From an uncultured Isosphaeraceae bacterium (lineage in GTDB: Bacteria > Planctomycetota > Phycisphaerae > Phycisphaerales > SM1A02): a DNA stretch of 64,000 bases. Below are positions 9,135 to 18,583 of this stretch, one piece after another (within the stretch, counting starts at the first letter, position 1; each line of letters opens with the position of its first letter). The stretch covers positions 5,581 to 69,580 of the forward strand of contig CAZGFN010000004.1 of NCBI GenBank assembly GCA_964524945.1, written 5' to 3'. The position numbers and the translations under genes are program-made. The notes under the pieces were generated by a model. It made no database searches, was not told the origin of the DNA, and saw nothing but the letters and a program-made list of their open reading frames with translations.

Positions 9135-10616
9135 TTAACGCCGCTTTTTACGCCGCTTGAATCCAGATTTGGTGGATTGCGTTTTGGTCGATCCGCGACC
9201 GCCCAGTCCCATCGCAGCAAGGTCCTGCATCCCGCCGCCAGCGGCCATGTTCTTGGCAGCTTTCATGCGGCCGCCGATCCCACCACCGGTCATCTGCTTG
9301 GACATCTTCTTGACCATCTCAAACTGCTTGAGCAGTTTGTTGACTTCTGGGCCACTCGTGCCCGAGCCTCGTGCGATGCGGCGGACGCGCGACTTGTTCA
9401 TGATCGCCACATCGTCGCGTTCGGCGGCGGACATGGAGCCGGAAATGGCCTCGATGCGGTCGAATTGCGTTTCGTCCACGTCGATGTCTTTCATCATCTT
9501 GCCAACGCCCGGAAGCATGCCTAGCAGTTGCTTCATGTTGCCCATGCGACGCACTGACTTGAGCTGCTTGAGAAAGTCGTGCATGGTGAACTGGCCCTTG
9601 GCCATACGCTCGGCCAACGCCTCTGCCTCGGCTTCATCGACTTCGTCGCGGGCCTTCTCGACCAGCGACACGACATCACCCATACCCAGAATGCGTCCGG
9701 CCATTCGGTCTGGATGAAACGCTTCGAAGTCGCCCATGTGTTCGCCGGTGCCGATGAACTTGATGGGCGTACCGGTGACATGTTTGATCGACAGGGCGGC
9801 GCCACCTCGGGTATCGCTGTCCAACTTGGTCAGAATGACACCGTCGATTGGTAGTCGCTCGTGGAAGGTTCGGGCCGAACGAACGGCATCCTGTCCAGCC
9901 ATGGAGTCGACGACCAGCAGGATGTGGTGGGGGTGGACTGCGAACTGGATCGACTCCAATTCCTTCATGAGTGGTTCATCGACATGGAGCCGGCCAGCGG
10001 TATCAATCAGCAGCACGTCGTACCGTTCCGAGCGTGCCTCACGGACCGCCCGCATGCAGACTTCCACCGCGACACCGGTCGCCTCGCCCCACGGGGCGCA
10101 CTTGTCCGCCTCACCGTAGAAGCCGACCTTCGCTTGGCCGCGGGCGTCCTGCTCGACTTGCTCGATGCCCACACGGAGTTGTTCTACTGCTGCGGGACGC
10201 TGGAGGTCTGCGGCGCACACGAGCACACTGCGGCCATTCCGTCGCAGCCAAGCGGCCAGTTTGCCACAGGTCGTGGTCTTGCCTGTGCCCTGAAGTCCGC
10301 ACACCATGATGACCGTTGGGGCAGGGTCAGCCGCAACGAGGTGCTCGTCGACCGGACCCATCAACTCGACGAGGCGGCGGTGAACAATTTCGATCATCTG
10401 CTCGCCAGGTTTGACAGCGCGAAGCACCGCTTCGCCGGTGGCCTCACTCAGTACGTCGCGACAGAATGCATCGACGACTTCCAAATTCACATCGGCATCG
10501 AGCAATGCTTGGCGAACTTCGTCCATCGTTTCGCGGACGTTGGCTTCGCTGATGCGACCTTGGCCAGACAGGCGGCTGATGGCGCCACTCAATCGATCGG
10601 AAAGTGATTGCAGCAT
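9135..10616 (-). CDS. ffh: signal recognition particle protein Ffh
   Basis: N, G and M domains are present: GLQGTGKTTTCGKLA, DTAGR, TKLDSDTRGGAALS, and a Met-rich M domain with a basic C-terminal tail. Confidence 0.97.
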   Translation of the reverse strand: MLQSLSDRLSGAISRLSGQGRISEANVRETMDEVRQALLDADVNLEVVDAFCRDVLSEATGEAVLRAVKPGEQMIEIVHRRLVELMGPVDEHLVAADPAPTVIMVCGLQGTGKTTTCGKLAAWLRRNGRSVLVCAADLQRPAAVEQLRVGIEQVEQDARGQAKVGFYGEADKCAPWGEATGVAVEVCMRAVREARSERYDVLLIDTAGRLHVDEPLMKELESIQFAVHPHHILLVVDSMAGQDAVRSARTFHERLPIDGVILTKLDSDTRGGAALSIKHVTGTPIKFIGTGEHMGDFEAFHPDRMAGRILGMGDVVSLVEKARDEVDEAEAEALAERMAKGQFTMHDFLKQLKSVRRMGNMKQLLGMLPGVGKMMKDIDVDETQFDRIEAISGSMSAAERDDVAIMNKSRVRRIARGSGTSGPEVNKLLKQFEMVKKMSKQMTGGGIGGRMKAAKNMAAGGGMQDLAAMGLGGRGSTKTQSTKSGFKRRKKRR

Positions 10617-10632
10617 GGAGTCCCGCAGCCTA

Positions 10633-12378
10633 TCAGACGTGGCCGTCGAGCCACTGAGCCAGAGCGTCGGCGGACCATGTATTGATGCAGTGCTTGGCGG
10701 TGAGCCCCCCGCGGCGGCCGGTCAGAATCCCATATCGAAGGAAGTCGAAGTGTTCAGCGGTGTGCGCGTCGGTGTCGATGGCGATAAGGGCCCCGCAGTC
10801 CAAGGCGATACGCACGTGTCGATCTCGAAGGTCCAACCGCTTGGGATTGGCATTGATTTCCAGCGCTGTGTTGTGGTCTGCGGCGGCCTGGGCCACTGCT
10901 TGCATGTCTGGTTCGAGGCCTGGCCGTCGGCCGATGATGCGACCAGTGGGGTGGCCGATGATGTGTACATGTGGGTGTGAAGCCGCGGCGATAAGTCGTG
11001 CGGTGGCGGCCGGAGGGTCTTGGCGCAGCGCCGCATGCGGTGATGCGACCACTAGGTCGAGCCGCTCGAGAATGTCGTCCGGGTAGTCCAGCGTGCCGTC
11101 AGACAAGATGTCCACCTCGCTGCCAGCAAGCACTCGAATGTCGTTGTGATTTCGAGCGACTGCGGCGATAGCATCGATGTGGGTCAGCAGGCGTTCGATG
11201 GACAGACCGTTGGCTTGAGGTTGCGATCGCGAGTGGTCGGTGATGGCCAGCGTGTGGTAGCCACGGCGGCGGGCCTCGTCGACGAGTTCTTCGATTGACA
11301 AGATTCCATCGCTTGCGATCGTGTGCGTATGCAGGTCGCTTCCGATGTCGGTTAGTTCGATGAGACCTTCGGTCGGGGCCGTGGCGATGTCGTCGCGGGA
11401 CTCCCGCAGTTCTGGTGGATGCATGGGCAGATCCAGATGCGTGTAGATGTCTTCTTCGGTGGCCGCGGCGATGGGCGAAATGCCTCGTTGCTGAGGCGGC
11501 GCGTCTTGGCCGTCGTCGGGAAACAAGCCGTACTCGTTGAGTCTGGTGTCCAGAGTCCGGGCACGTTCGCGGAGTTGGACATTGTGTTCTTTGCTTCCGG
11601 TGAAGTAGAGCATGGCGGCGCCGAGGGCTGCGGCGTCCACGATGCGGAGGTCTACTTGCATGCCCTGTGTATGGCGGATCGATGCCTTGGTGTCGCCGCT
11701 GGCGAGCACTTTGGTGGCATGCGCTTTGTCAATGAAGGCATCGACTAATGCCTTGGGGTTGCTGGCGACGGCCAGCAGATCGATGTCGCCGATGGTTTCG
11801 CACCCTCGGCGCAGCGAACCTGCATACTGGATGGACTCAACGCCAGAGACACGACCGAGTTGATCAATGAGTGTTTCGGCAAGAGGCATGGCGATACCAA
11901 TGGATGTGCGATCGGCAAATTGTTGGGCGAATTGCAAGGCATCGGCGATGTTGGCGATGGTTTTGGCCCCCATGCGTGGCAGCGTGGCCAGGCGCCCATC
12001 GTCGATGGCTGCTTGCAGGCTGGCTCGGTCAACGACATCGGCTTCACGCCAGAATCTGCCGACGGTTTTTGGCCCCAGTCCCGAGATGCTCAAGAGATCG
12101 ACCAGGCCGTCCGGGATGTTGGCGCGAAGCGTGTCCAGGTCTTCAAAGGATCCGGTCTGACACCACTGCTGAATCTTGGCCACGCTGCTGTCACCGATTC
12201 CATCAATGGCCTTGAGCGCCTTGGCGTCGTTGGCAATCGTGTCGATGTCGACCTCGAGGTCTTCCAGAATGCGAGCGACCTTGGCAACAGCCCTGATGCG
12301 AAAGCCATTGGCTCCGGTGATCTCCATGAGTGCTACCAATTCGTCAAATCTGGCAGCAAGTTCGGTGTTTCGGCTCAT
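10633..12378 (-). CDS. polX: DNA polymerase X family protein with C-terminal PHP phosphoesterase domain
   Basis: HhH motifs (GIGDSSVAKI, GLGPKTV), the Pol-beta-like palm GSLRRGCETIGDIDLL, and a PHP domain (DLHTHTIASDG...ITDHS...). The ATG at 12378 forms an ATGA overlap with the recG stop. The track ORF extends to 12480. Confidence 0.9.
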   Translation of the reverse strand: MSRNTELAARFDELVALMEITGANGFRIRAVAKVARILEDLEVDIDTIANDAKALKAIDGIGDSSVAKIQQWCQTGSFEDLDTLRANIPDGLVDLLSISGLGPKTVGRFWREADVVDRASLQAAIDDGRLATLPRMGAKTIANIADALQFAQQFADRTSIGIAMPLAETLIDQLGRVSGVESIQYAGSLRRGCETIGDIDLLAVASNPKALVDAFIDKAHATKVLASGDTKASIRHTQGMQVDLRIVDAAALGAAMLYFTGSKEHNVQLRERARTLDTRLNEYGLFPDDGQDAPPQQRGISPIAAATEEDIYTHLDLPMHPPELRESRDDIATAPTEGLIELTDIGSDLHTHTIASDGILSIEELVDEARRRGYHTLAITDHSRSQPQANGLSIERLLTHIDAIAAVARNHNDIRVLAGSEVDILSDGTLDYPDDILERLDLVVASPHAALRQDPPAATARLIAAASHPHVHIIGHPTGRIIGRRPGLEPDMQAVAQAAADHNTALEINANPKRLDLRDRHVRIALDCGALIAIDTDAHTAEHFDFLRYGILTGRRGGLTAKHCINTWSADALAQWLDGHV

Positions 12379-14501
12379 CCAACATCTCCCAATCCAAGCC
12401 AGCGACCGTGCGCTTTGAGCATCCGTTTGCGAAGGAGTGCGTGTTCGGGCGATGACAGTAGTGGGTCGGCATCGATCCACGCTTGAGCGTCTCGACGGGC
12501 CAGCGCCAGCAATTCCATGTCGCGTGGCAGTTGGGCCACTCGGAAGGGCGGTATGCCCGACTGCTTGGCGCCAAAGAGTTCGCCTGGCCCGCGGATTTCA
12601 AGGTCACGTTCGGCGATGCGGAACCCGTCGGTGGTGTCCACCATCGCTTCAATGCGACGTCGACCTTCCTCGGTGGTTGGATCGGCAATGAGCACACAGC
12701 GTCCGGGCGTGTCGCCGCGACCTACTCGTCCGCGAAGTTGGTGGAGTTGGGCCAGACCAAAGCGATCGGCATTCTCGATGACGATTCGGGTTGCTTGGGG
12801 CACGTCGACTCCGACTTCAATGACGGTGGTGGCCACGAGCACGTCCAGATCGCCGCGTCGAAAGCGATCCATGATGGCATCGCGGGTATCGGAATCGAGC
12901 CGACCGTGCATGGCTTCAATGCGGCACTGTCGCAATGGCCCATTCGAGAGCCACGTGAGGTGCGTGTGCAGATCGACCAACCCCACTTCAGATTCATCGA
13001 TGACGGCTGCGACGATAAAGGCTCGTTCGCCTCTGCGCACCGCGTTGGCGACGTCCTCGTACACAGCACTCGAATCGGCGCTGGTCACGGTGCTGGTCTC
13101 GACAGGTGTTCGCCCAGGAGGCAGTTCGTCCAGTACGGAGTAGTCCAGATCACCGAAGATCGTCAGGCTCAGCGTGCGGGGAATCGGCGTTGCGGTCATT
13201 ACCAGTTGATGAGGCGCTTGGCTTTTGTCTTCGGTCTTGTCACGAAGTGCCGCCCGCTGCCGCACGCCGAAGCGGTGCTGCTCATCGGTGACGGCGATGG
13301 CGAGGTCCGCAAACACCACATCTTTGGTTAGAACCGCGTGCGTGCCCACGACGATGTCCGAATCGCCTACGGCAATCGCATCGAGCAGCCGTCGCCGCTG
13401 TGGTGCCGAGATAGATCCAGTGAGTAGTGATAGCGTGACGGAGGAATCACGAAGCAGGGCGTGTAGCGTACGAGTGTGCTGTTCGGCCAGAAGTTCGGTG
13501 GGGGCGATCATCGCTGCTTGCCGACCGTGCGCGATGGCTTGGAGCATCGCTGCTAAGGCAACGACGGTTTTGCCACTGCCTACATCGCCTTGCAGCAGTC
13601 TGTTCATCGGGATTGATGTTTCCAGGTCGGCGGAAATGTCATTGATGACTCGGCGCTGCGCGTCGGTGAGCGCAAAGGGAATGCGAGCCTCGATGCGATC
13701 CTTGATGTCGCTGGTGTAGGGGAGTGCCGGTGCATGAAGCACGGTGCGTCGGTGGTAGCGTTTCATCATGACAGCCAGTTGCAGCAGGAGCAGTTCATCC
13801 AGCACGAGTCGTCGCCTAGCTGCAGCGATGTGTTCGTCAAAGGTAGGGCGGTGCAGGTCGCGATAGGCCATCGCCAACGTGGGCAGTCCGTGGTCCTTTC
13901 GCCACTGTTCGGGCAGGTGGTCGTCTAAGAGGGACACGGCTTGATCTAGGCACGAGGCGATGATTGTGGCGATGCGTGGCGAGGCCATCGCTTCGGTGGC
14001 TGGGTAGATCGGTTGAATTTGGACGAGGTCGTCGGTGTTTGGCGGCGGCGAGAGTGTGGCGGCATCGTCCAGCGGACGCCACGTCGGGTTGGCGATCTGC
14101 ACGTGTTTGCGATACAGGCGGGGTTTCCCAATTACGGCGAGTTTGTACCCCGGATGCAGGCGACGCTGAATCCACGGTTGATTGAAGAAGACCAGCGTGA
14201 GTTCGCCAGTGGGGTCGTCAATGATGACTTCGACTTGGGGTCGCCGGCCAAAGCCACGTTTGACCGACACTACTTCGCCGTGAACCTCGACCTGATCGTC
14301 GTACTCCTGACCATCGACCACCGCATCGACGATGGGCCCGATGGGCTGCCACGGTCGGGTGTGTTGGTAGCGAAGCGGCAGGTGCAGGAGCAGGTCCGCG
14401 ACGCAGCGCAAACCCATTTGGGAGAGCGATTGGGCGTCGGTACGTTCGACACCGGGGAGTTCGGCGATAGACGTAGTCAGTTGCAGGGTCGTGGCGCTCA
14501 T
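12375..14501 (-). CDS. recG: ATP-dependent DNA helicase RecG
   Basis: Wedge/OB N-terminus and helicase motifs: LLQGDVGSGKT, DEQHRFG, MTATPIPRT, QLHQLRGRVGRG. I preferred the ATG at 14501 (MSATTLQL...). The track ORF start is 14564. Confidence 0.95.
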   Translation of the reverse strand: MSATTLQLTTSIAELPGVERTDAQSLSQMGLRCVADLLLHLPLRYQHTRPWQPIGPIVDAVVDGQEYDDQVEVHGEVVSVKRGFGRRPQVEVIIDDPTGELTLVFFNQPWIQRRLHPGYKLAVIGKPRLYRKHVQIANPTWRPLDDAATLSPPPNTDDLVQIQPIYPATEAMASPRIATIIASCLDQAVSLLDDHLPEQWRKDHGLPTLAMAYRDLHRPTFDEHIAAARRRLVLDELLLLQLAVMMKRYHRRTVLHAPALPYTSDIKDRIEARIPFALTDAQRRVINDISADLETSIPMNRLLQGDVGSGKTVVALAAMLQAIAHGRQAAMIAPTELLAEQHTRTLHALLRDSSVTLSLLTGSISAPQRRRLLDAIAVGDSDIVVGTHAVLTKDVVFADLAIAVTDEQHRFGVRQRAALRDKTEDKSQAPHQLVMTATPIPRTLSLTIFGDLDYSVLDELPPGRTPVETSTVTSADSSAVYEDVANAVRRGERAFIVAAVIDESEVGLVDLHTHLTWLSNGPLRQCRIEAMHGRLDSDTRDAIMDRFRRGDLDVLVATTVIEVGVDVPQATRIVIENADRFGLAQLHQLRGRVGRGDTPGRCVLIADPTTEEGRRRIEAMVDTTDGFRIAERDLEIRGPGELFGAKQSGIPPFRVAQLPRDMELLALARRDAQAWIDADPLLSSPEHALLRKRMLKAHGRWLGLGDVG

Positions 14502-14562
14502 CTTGGAAGGGTGAGTATCGCAGTTTCGGCACGCGGGCGTAAAACGTGGTACATCGGCTCGC

Positions 14563-15999
14563 ATGAGTCAGTTGCCATTTGATTGGACACCCAGCAACGC
14601 CGATGACCAGGGTGCTGCTACGCCACCGCCTAGCCCCGGTCCCGCCCCGTCAGGTCCTCCCACGCCGTGGACTGTATCTCGGCTTGGGACGTGCATTCTC
14701 GATGCATTGTCCGTTGGGGTGCCCGACCCGGTGGATGTGGTCGGCGAAGTGGCCAACTGGACGCTCCGCAATGGGCACTGGTATTTCTCGTTGCGGGATG
14801 ACTCGGCCACGGTCCAGTGTGTGATGTGGGCATCGGATGTAGCCGGGACCGACATGACGCCCGAGTCGGGTGATCGGGTTGTGGTGAGGGGCTCTGTGAC
14901 GCATTGGGCCCGCCAGGGACGCACACAACTTCGGGTTCGACGGATCAAACGCGATGGGGTGGGCGACTTGCAGGCGGCCTATCGGCGGTTGTGTGATGAG
15001 TTTCGCAGTGCGGGGTGGTTTGATGACGCAGCCAAGAAGCCGCTTCCTAGAGTGCCAGAGCGGATCGCCGTGCTGACTAGTGGCGTGAGCGCCGCCTTGC
15101 AGGATGTACTTCGAACTGCGGGCGATCGGTGGCCAGCGTGTCAATTGATGCTCGTCGATGTGCCCGTGCAAGGCGCTGCGGCGGCGTCGCGCATTGCTCA
15201 GGCGATTGCCAGCGTCGACGCGGCGGCGCCCGAGTTGGGAATCGAGGCGATGCTCGTCACGCGTGGCGGTGGGTCGATCGAAGACCTCTGGGCATTCAAT
15301 GAACGCGTTGTGGCCGAGGCCGTTCACGCTGCTGTGACACCCATCGTCGCAGCGATTGGGCATGAGTCCGACACGACTATTATTGAACTGATTGCCGATG
15401 TTCGCGCCTCGACCCCTACGCGAGCGATGGACTTGTTGCTGCCCAGTCGCACCGATGAGTTGGCGCGGCTGGATCTGTTGGCCGACGGATTGGGTCGACG
15501 GATGCGGCACCACCTGACGCTTCGACGTCAGCACGTGGCCACGGCCGAGGCGGCGTTGATCGAGGCCCTTGGCCGTCGGCTTTCGATCTCGCGTCGACGG
15601 GTCGATGCTGCCTCCGAGGCGATGACGCGTCGGCAACCCCACGCGAGGCTTGCCAGTCGTCGCAAAGGGGTGGAGGCGGCCACGGCCCGGCTCCGCCAGG
15701 CGATGGTGGTCCGGCTGCATGGCGGGGTGTCCAGGCTGCAACAGGCCGATCTTCGCAGCGTGACTCGCGGAATGTTGGAACGTCGAGAGGCTCAGGTTGA
15801 GCAGTTGCAGGGTGTTCTGTCTGCGGTGGGGCCCGAATCGGTGCTCGATCGTGGCTATTCCATCACGGTGGACGTGGATGGGCGTGTGGTTCGCAGCGTT
15901 AGCGATGTTGCGGCGGGCGACCCACTGACGACGAAATTGGCCGACGGAAGCATCGACTCGCTCGTCCGATCCATCGACGCCGCTGAGCCAAGCCGGTAG
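14563..15999 (+). CDS. xseA: exodeoxyribonuclease VII large subunit
   Basis: OB-fold N-terminus (V.GEV.N....GHWYFSL.D), a catalytic core (RGGGSIEDLWAFNE...IGHE.D.T) and a coiled-coil C-terminus. Followed by xseB. Confidence 0.9.
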   Translation: MSQLPFDWTPSNADDQGAATPPPSPGPAPSGPPTPWTVSRLGTCILDALSVGVPDPVDVVGEVANWTLRNGHWYFSLRDDSATVQCVMWASDVAGTDMTPESGDRVVVRGSVTHWARQGRTQLRVRRIKRDGVGDLQAAYRRLCDEFRSAGWFDDAAKKPLPRVPERIAVLTSGVSAALQDVLRTAGDRWPACQLMLVDVPVQGAAAASRIAQAIASVDAAAPELGIEAMLVTRGGGSIEDLWAFNERVVAEAVHAAVTPIVAAIGHESDTTIIELIADVRASTPTRAMDLLLPSRTDELARLDLLADGLGRRMRHHLTLRRQHVATAEAALIEALGRRLSISRRRVDAASEAMTRRQPHARLASRRKGVEAATARLRQAMVVRLHGGVSRLQQADLRSVTRGMLERREAQVEQLQGVLSAVGPESVLDRGYSITVDVDGRVVRSVSDVAAGDPLTTKLADGSIDSLVRSIDAAEPSR

Positions 16000-16010
16000 G
16001 CTCTGTACCT

Positions 16011-16250
16011 ATGACTGAATCGCTTCCAGAATCGGGCTCCATGGGATTTGACGCCGCTGTTGTCGAACTCGAGGCGATCATTCAACGGATCGATGCTGGC
16101 GAGATTGAACTCGAAGAAGCGATGGCAGCGCACCGTCGTGGCCGGGCCTTGGTGCTGCGGTGTCGTCAGGTGCTTGATGCGGCGGAGAAGGAACTCGAAA
16201 CGAGTTGGCAGGACGACGCTCCTACTCAAGATGGCCAGGCCGATACCTAA
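16011..16250 (+). CDS. xseB: exodeoxyribonuclease VII small subunit
   Basis: 79-aa helical protein: FDAAVVELEAIIQRIDAGEIELEEAMAAHRRGRALVLRCRQVLDAAEKEL. Lies immediately after xseA. Confidence 0.85.
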   Translation: MTESLPESGSMGFDAAVVELEAIIQRIDAGEIELEEAMAAHRRGRALVLRCRQVLDAAEKELETSWQDDAPTQDGQADT

Positions 16251-16253
16251 GCC

Positions 16254-17543
16254 GTGCTTGCAACCAATGATTTGATCACGATGTTGTTGGAACACGCCGC
16301 GTGGATAGCGTTCGTGTTCATTCTGGGCGCGTGTGTGGGGAGCTTCATCAATGTCGTGAATTGGCGGATGCCGTTGGGCTTGTCCTTGTCACATCCGCCA
16401 AGCCGGTGCCCCACGTGCGGGGGACGGCTGCGGTTCCTGCGTGAGAACACGCCCGTGCTTGGATGGATCATGTTGCGGGGCAAGTGCAAATGGTGCCGCA
16501 CGCGGATCAGTCTGGTGTATCCGCTCATTGAATCCTTGATGGGTCTCGTCTTTGTGGGGCTCTACTGCGTCTACTTCATAGCCGGCCCCGAGCAGTCGTG
16601 GTGGTGGGAAGTCGGCGGCACGTGGTGGGCGCGACAGAGTTTCATGCTCGCGTGGCCAGCCTTCGTGGCAATCGCATTCTTGATCGCGGGGTTGTATTCC
16701 ATCACGGTGATCGATGCGCGGACGTTCATGATTCCCCTGGCGATTCCCGTGTTCTTGGCATGCAGCGGCATGGTGTTGTGGTTGGTGCAAGGATTGATCT
16801 CCGCTCCGGCGGGGCCTGGCGGCTTGAGTTGGCCGATTCCAGCAGTCGGGTGGTCCGGGGCGCTGGCGGGCCTAGGCGGTGTGCTCGGGGCGGGCGTGTC
16901 GATGGTGCTGCTGCTGACCGGGGTTCTAAAGCAGAGTTTTGCCGACTACGGGGACTACGTGAAGGAGGGCGATGTGCTGGGCGAGTACCCGCACGCCCGC
17001 CGCGAAATGTTCGTGGAACTGCTGTTCTTGTTGCCGCTCATTCTGGGGATCGTGGCCGGGGCCGTGATTGGTGGTGCCATGACCGAGCCGCCCCCGGTGT
17101 GGGCACAGGCCTTGGGGGCATCGATGCTCGGATGGGTGGTCGGGGGGGGCATCGTCTGGGCCGTTCGGATTCTGGGCACGCTGGGCTTTGGCCGCGAGGC
17201 CATGGGCCTTGGGGACGTACACCTGATGGCGGCCGTAGGCGCGGTTTTGGGGTGGTTTCTGCCACTGGCGGCTTTCTTTGTCGCACCATTCATTGGTCTT
17301 AGTTGGACGCTCGCTGCGGCTGTGGTGTCTAGGTGCGGCCGCGGGGTCCGGCGAGAACTGCCATATGGGCCGCATCTGGCTGTGGCGACTGTGCTGGTCC
17401 TGCTGGGCTGGCCGGCGGTCGAGTCGGGCTGGGAGGCATTGATGCCAACAGTTTCGATGCCTGAGCGTCGGTTGGTCGAAGATGTGGACAAGGGGACCCG
17501 ATTGGACAAGCACGCCGCGAGGCGTTCCAATGGACCGCAATGA
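16254..17543 (+). CDS. prepilin peptidase (A24 family), unusually long
   Basis: N-terminal zinc/DiS motif [29 protein letters not shown] and an aspartyl-protease motif region [17 protein letters not shown]. 429 aa with extra TM segments. GTG start; an alternative ATG lies at 16281. Confidence 0.85.
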   Translation: [429 protein letters not shown]

Positions 17544-17599
17544 TGCGGTTGCGTCATCAACCGACGGAGCGACAGACTGTTGTGGAAAGGAGACCCACC

Positions 17600-18244
17600 A
17601 TGCGTATGACCACACTTGCCCTTGCAGCCCTTGCCTTGACGACCCTCGGGGCGACGGGGTGCGATACCCAGAAAGAGGACGAAGTTACGATGCTTCGCCA
17701 GGAAGCCACCGAACTGCGAGCGCAGTTAGACGAGCGTGATAAGGCGCTTGAGGCAGCCAATGGCGAACTTCGACAGGTCAACCTGATGCTCCGCGACCAG
17801 AAGGAGCAGTACGAAACCGAGATGCAGTCGATGGCTGCTTCGGCCGTGCCCGCTGGTGGCTTTGACAACATCGAAGGTGTGACGGCGACCTACGGGCCCA
17901 ACGATGTCACCGTGGCAGTCGAAGGCGACGTGCTGTTTGATTCGGGGCGAACGACGCTCAAGTCCAACGCCAAGCGATCGCTTGACCGCGTTGCGGATGT
18001 GATCAATGCCCAGTACGGCGGTAAGCCGATCATCGTGGCAGGCCATACCGATACGGATCCCATTCGTAAGAGTGGGCACAAGAGTAATCACCACCTCGGG
18101 TTCGAGCGAGGTTGGGCTGTGCGGAGTTATCTCTTGAGTAGAGGCGTTGATTCATCACGCATTGCAGTGATGAGTTATGGCCCTGACCGTCCGATGGGTT
18201 CGTCCCAGAAGAGCCGTCGGGTCGAGATCGTCGTCGCTCAATAG
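17600..18244 (+). CDS. coiled-coil OmpA/MotB-domain lipoprotein (paralogue of 5075..5896)
   Basis: ATG at 17600 with GGAAAGGAG upstream. Lipobox LGATGC, then a coiled coil, then VAGHTDTDPI...NHHLGFERGWAVRSYLLSRGV...SRRVEIVV. Confidence 0.85.
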   Translation: MRMTTLALAALALTTLGATGCDTQKEDEVTMLRQEATELRAQLDERDKALEAANGELRQVNLMLRDQKEQYETEMQSMAASAVPAGGFDNIEGVTATYGPNDVTVAVEGDVLFDSGRTTLKSNAKRSLDRVADVINAQYGGKPIIVAGHTDTDPIRKSGHKSNHHLGFERGWAVRSYLLSRGVDSSRIAVMSYGPDRPMGSSQKSRRVEIVVAQ

Positions 18245-18583
18245 AACTCGATTGGGCTCACACAACAGTGATCTGTCAGCGTTGGTCGTACGTAAGGTGT
18301 CACTGCGCCCCCTCTCGGTGCTGCCTGACACGATTTGTGATTCTGAACATTCAGTTTCTTTCTGTCCCGCGTGTGCCCTTCCAGCATCGCATGCGGCTGG
18401 AATCGCTCGACCGCGATCTGGTTGTGCCAGAGGCAAGTTACAAGCGAATGACGCGTTGGCGTGGGGTACTCTTTGGGTGGGTGCTTCGCAACGCATCGTT
18501 CATGCCCGACATGCTGGAGTTGCCACCTCGGCGGACCATTGAGATTGGCATGCGTGTGAATTTGTAACTGGCCGTCAGGCGGG

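Noticed and set aside
14650-15741. 363-aa minus-strand ORF, one of the longest in the track
   Set aside because: It lies entirely antisense to xseA, which has clear family motifs. Its translation is Arg/Pro/Gly/His-rich low-complexity sequence, typical of shadow frames in high-GC DNA.
18391-18567. 58-aa ORF (MRLESLDRDLVVPEASYKRMTRWRGVLFGWVLRNASFMPDMLELPPRRTIEIGMRVNL) in the 340-bp convergent spacer
   Set aside because: Third-position GC is moderately high at about 67% by hand count. But there is no recognisable RBS, motif or family, so evidence is too weak to report it as a gene.
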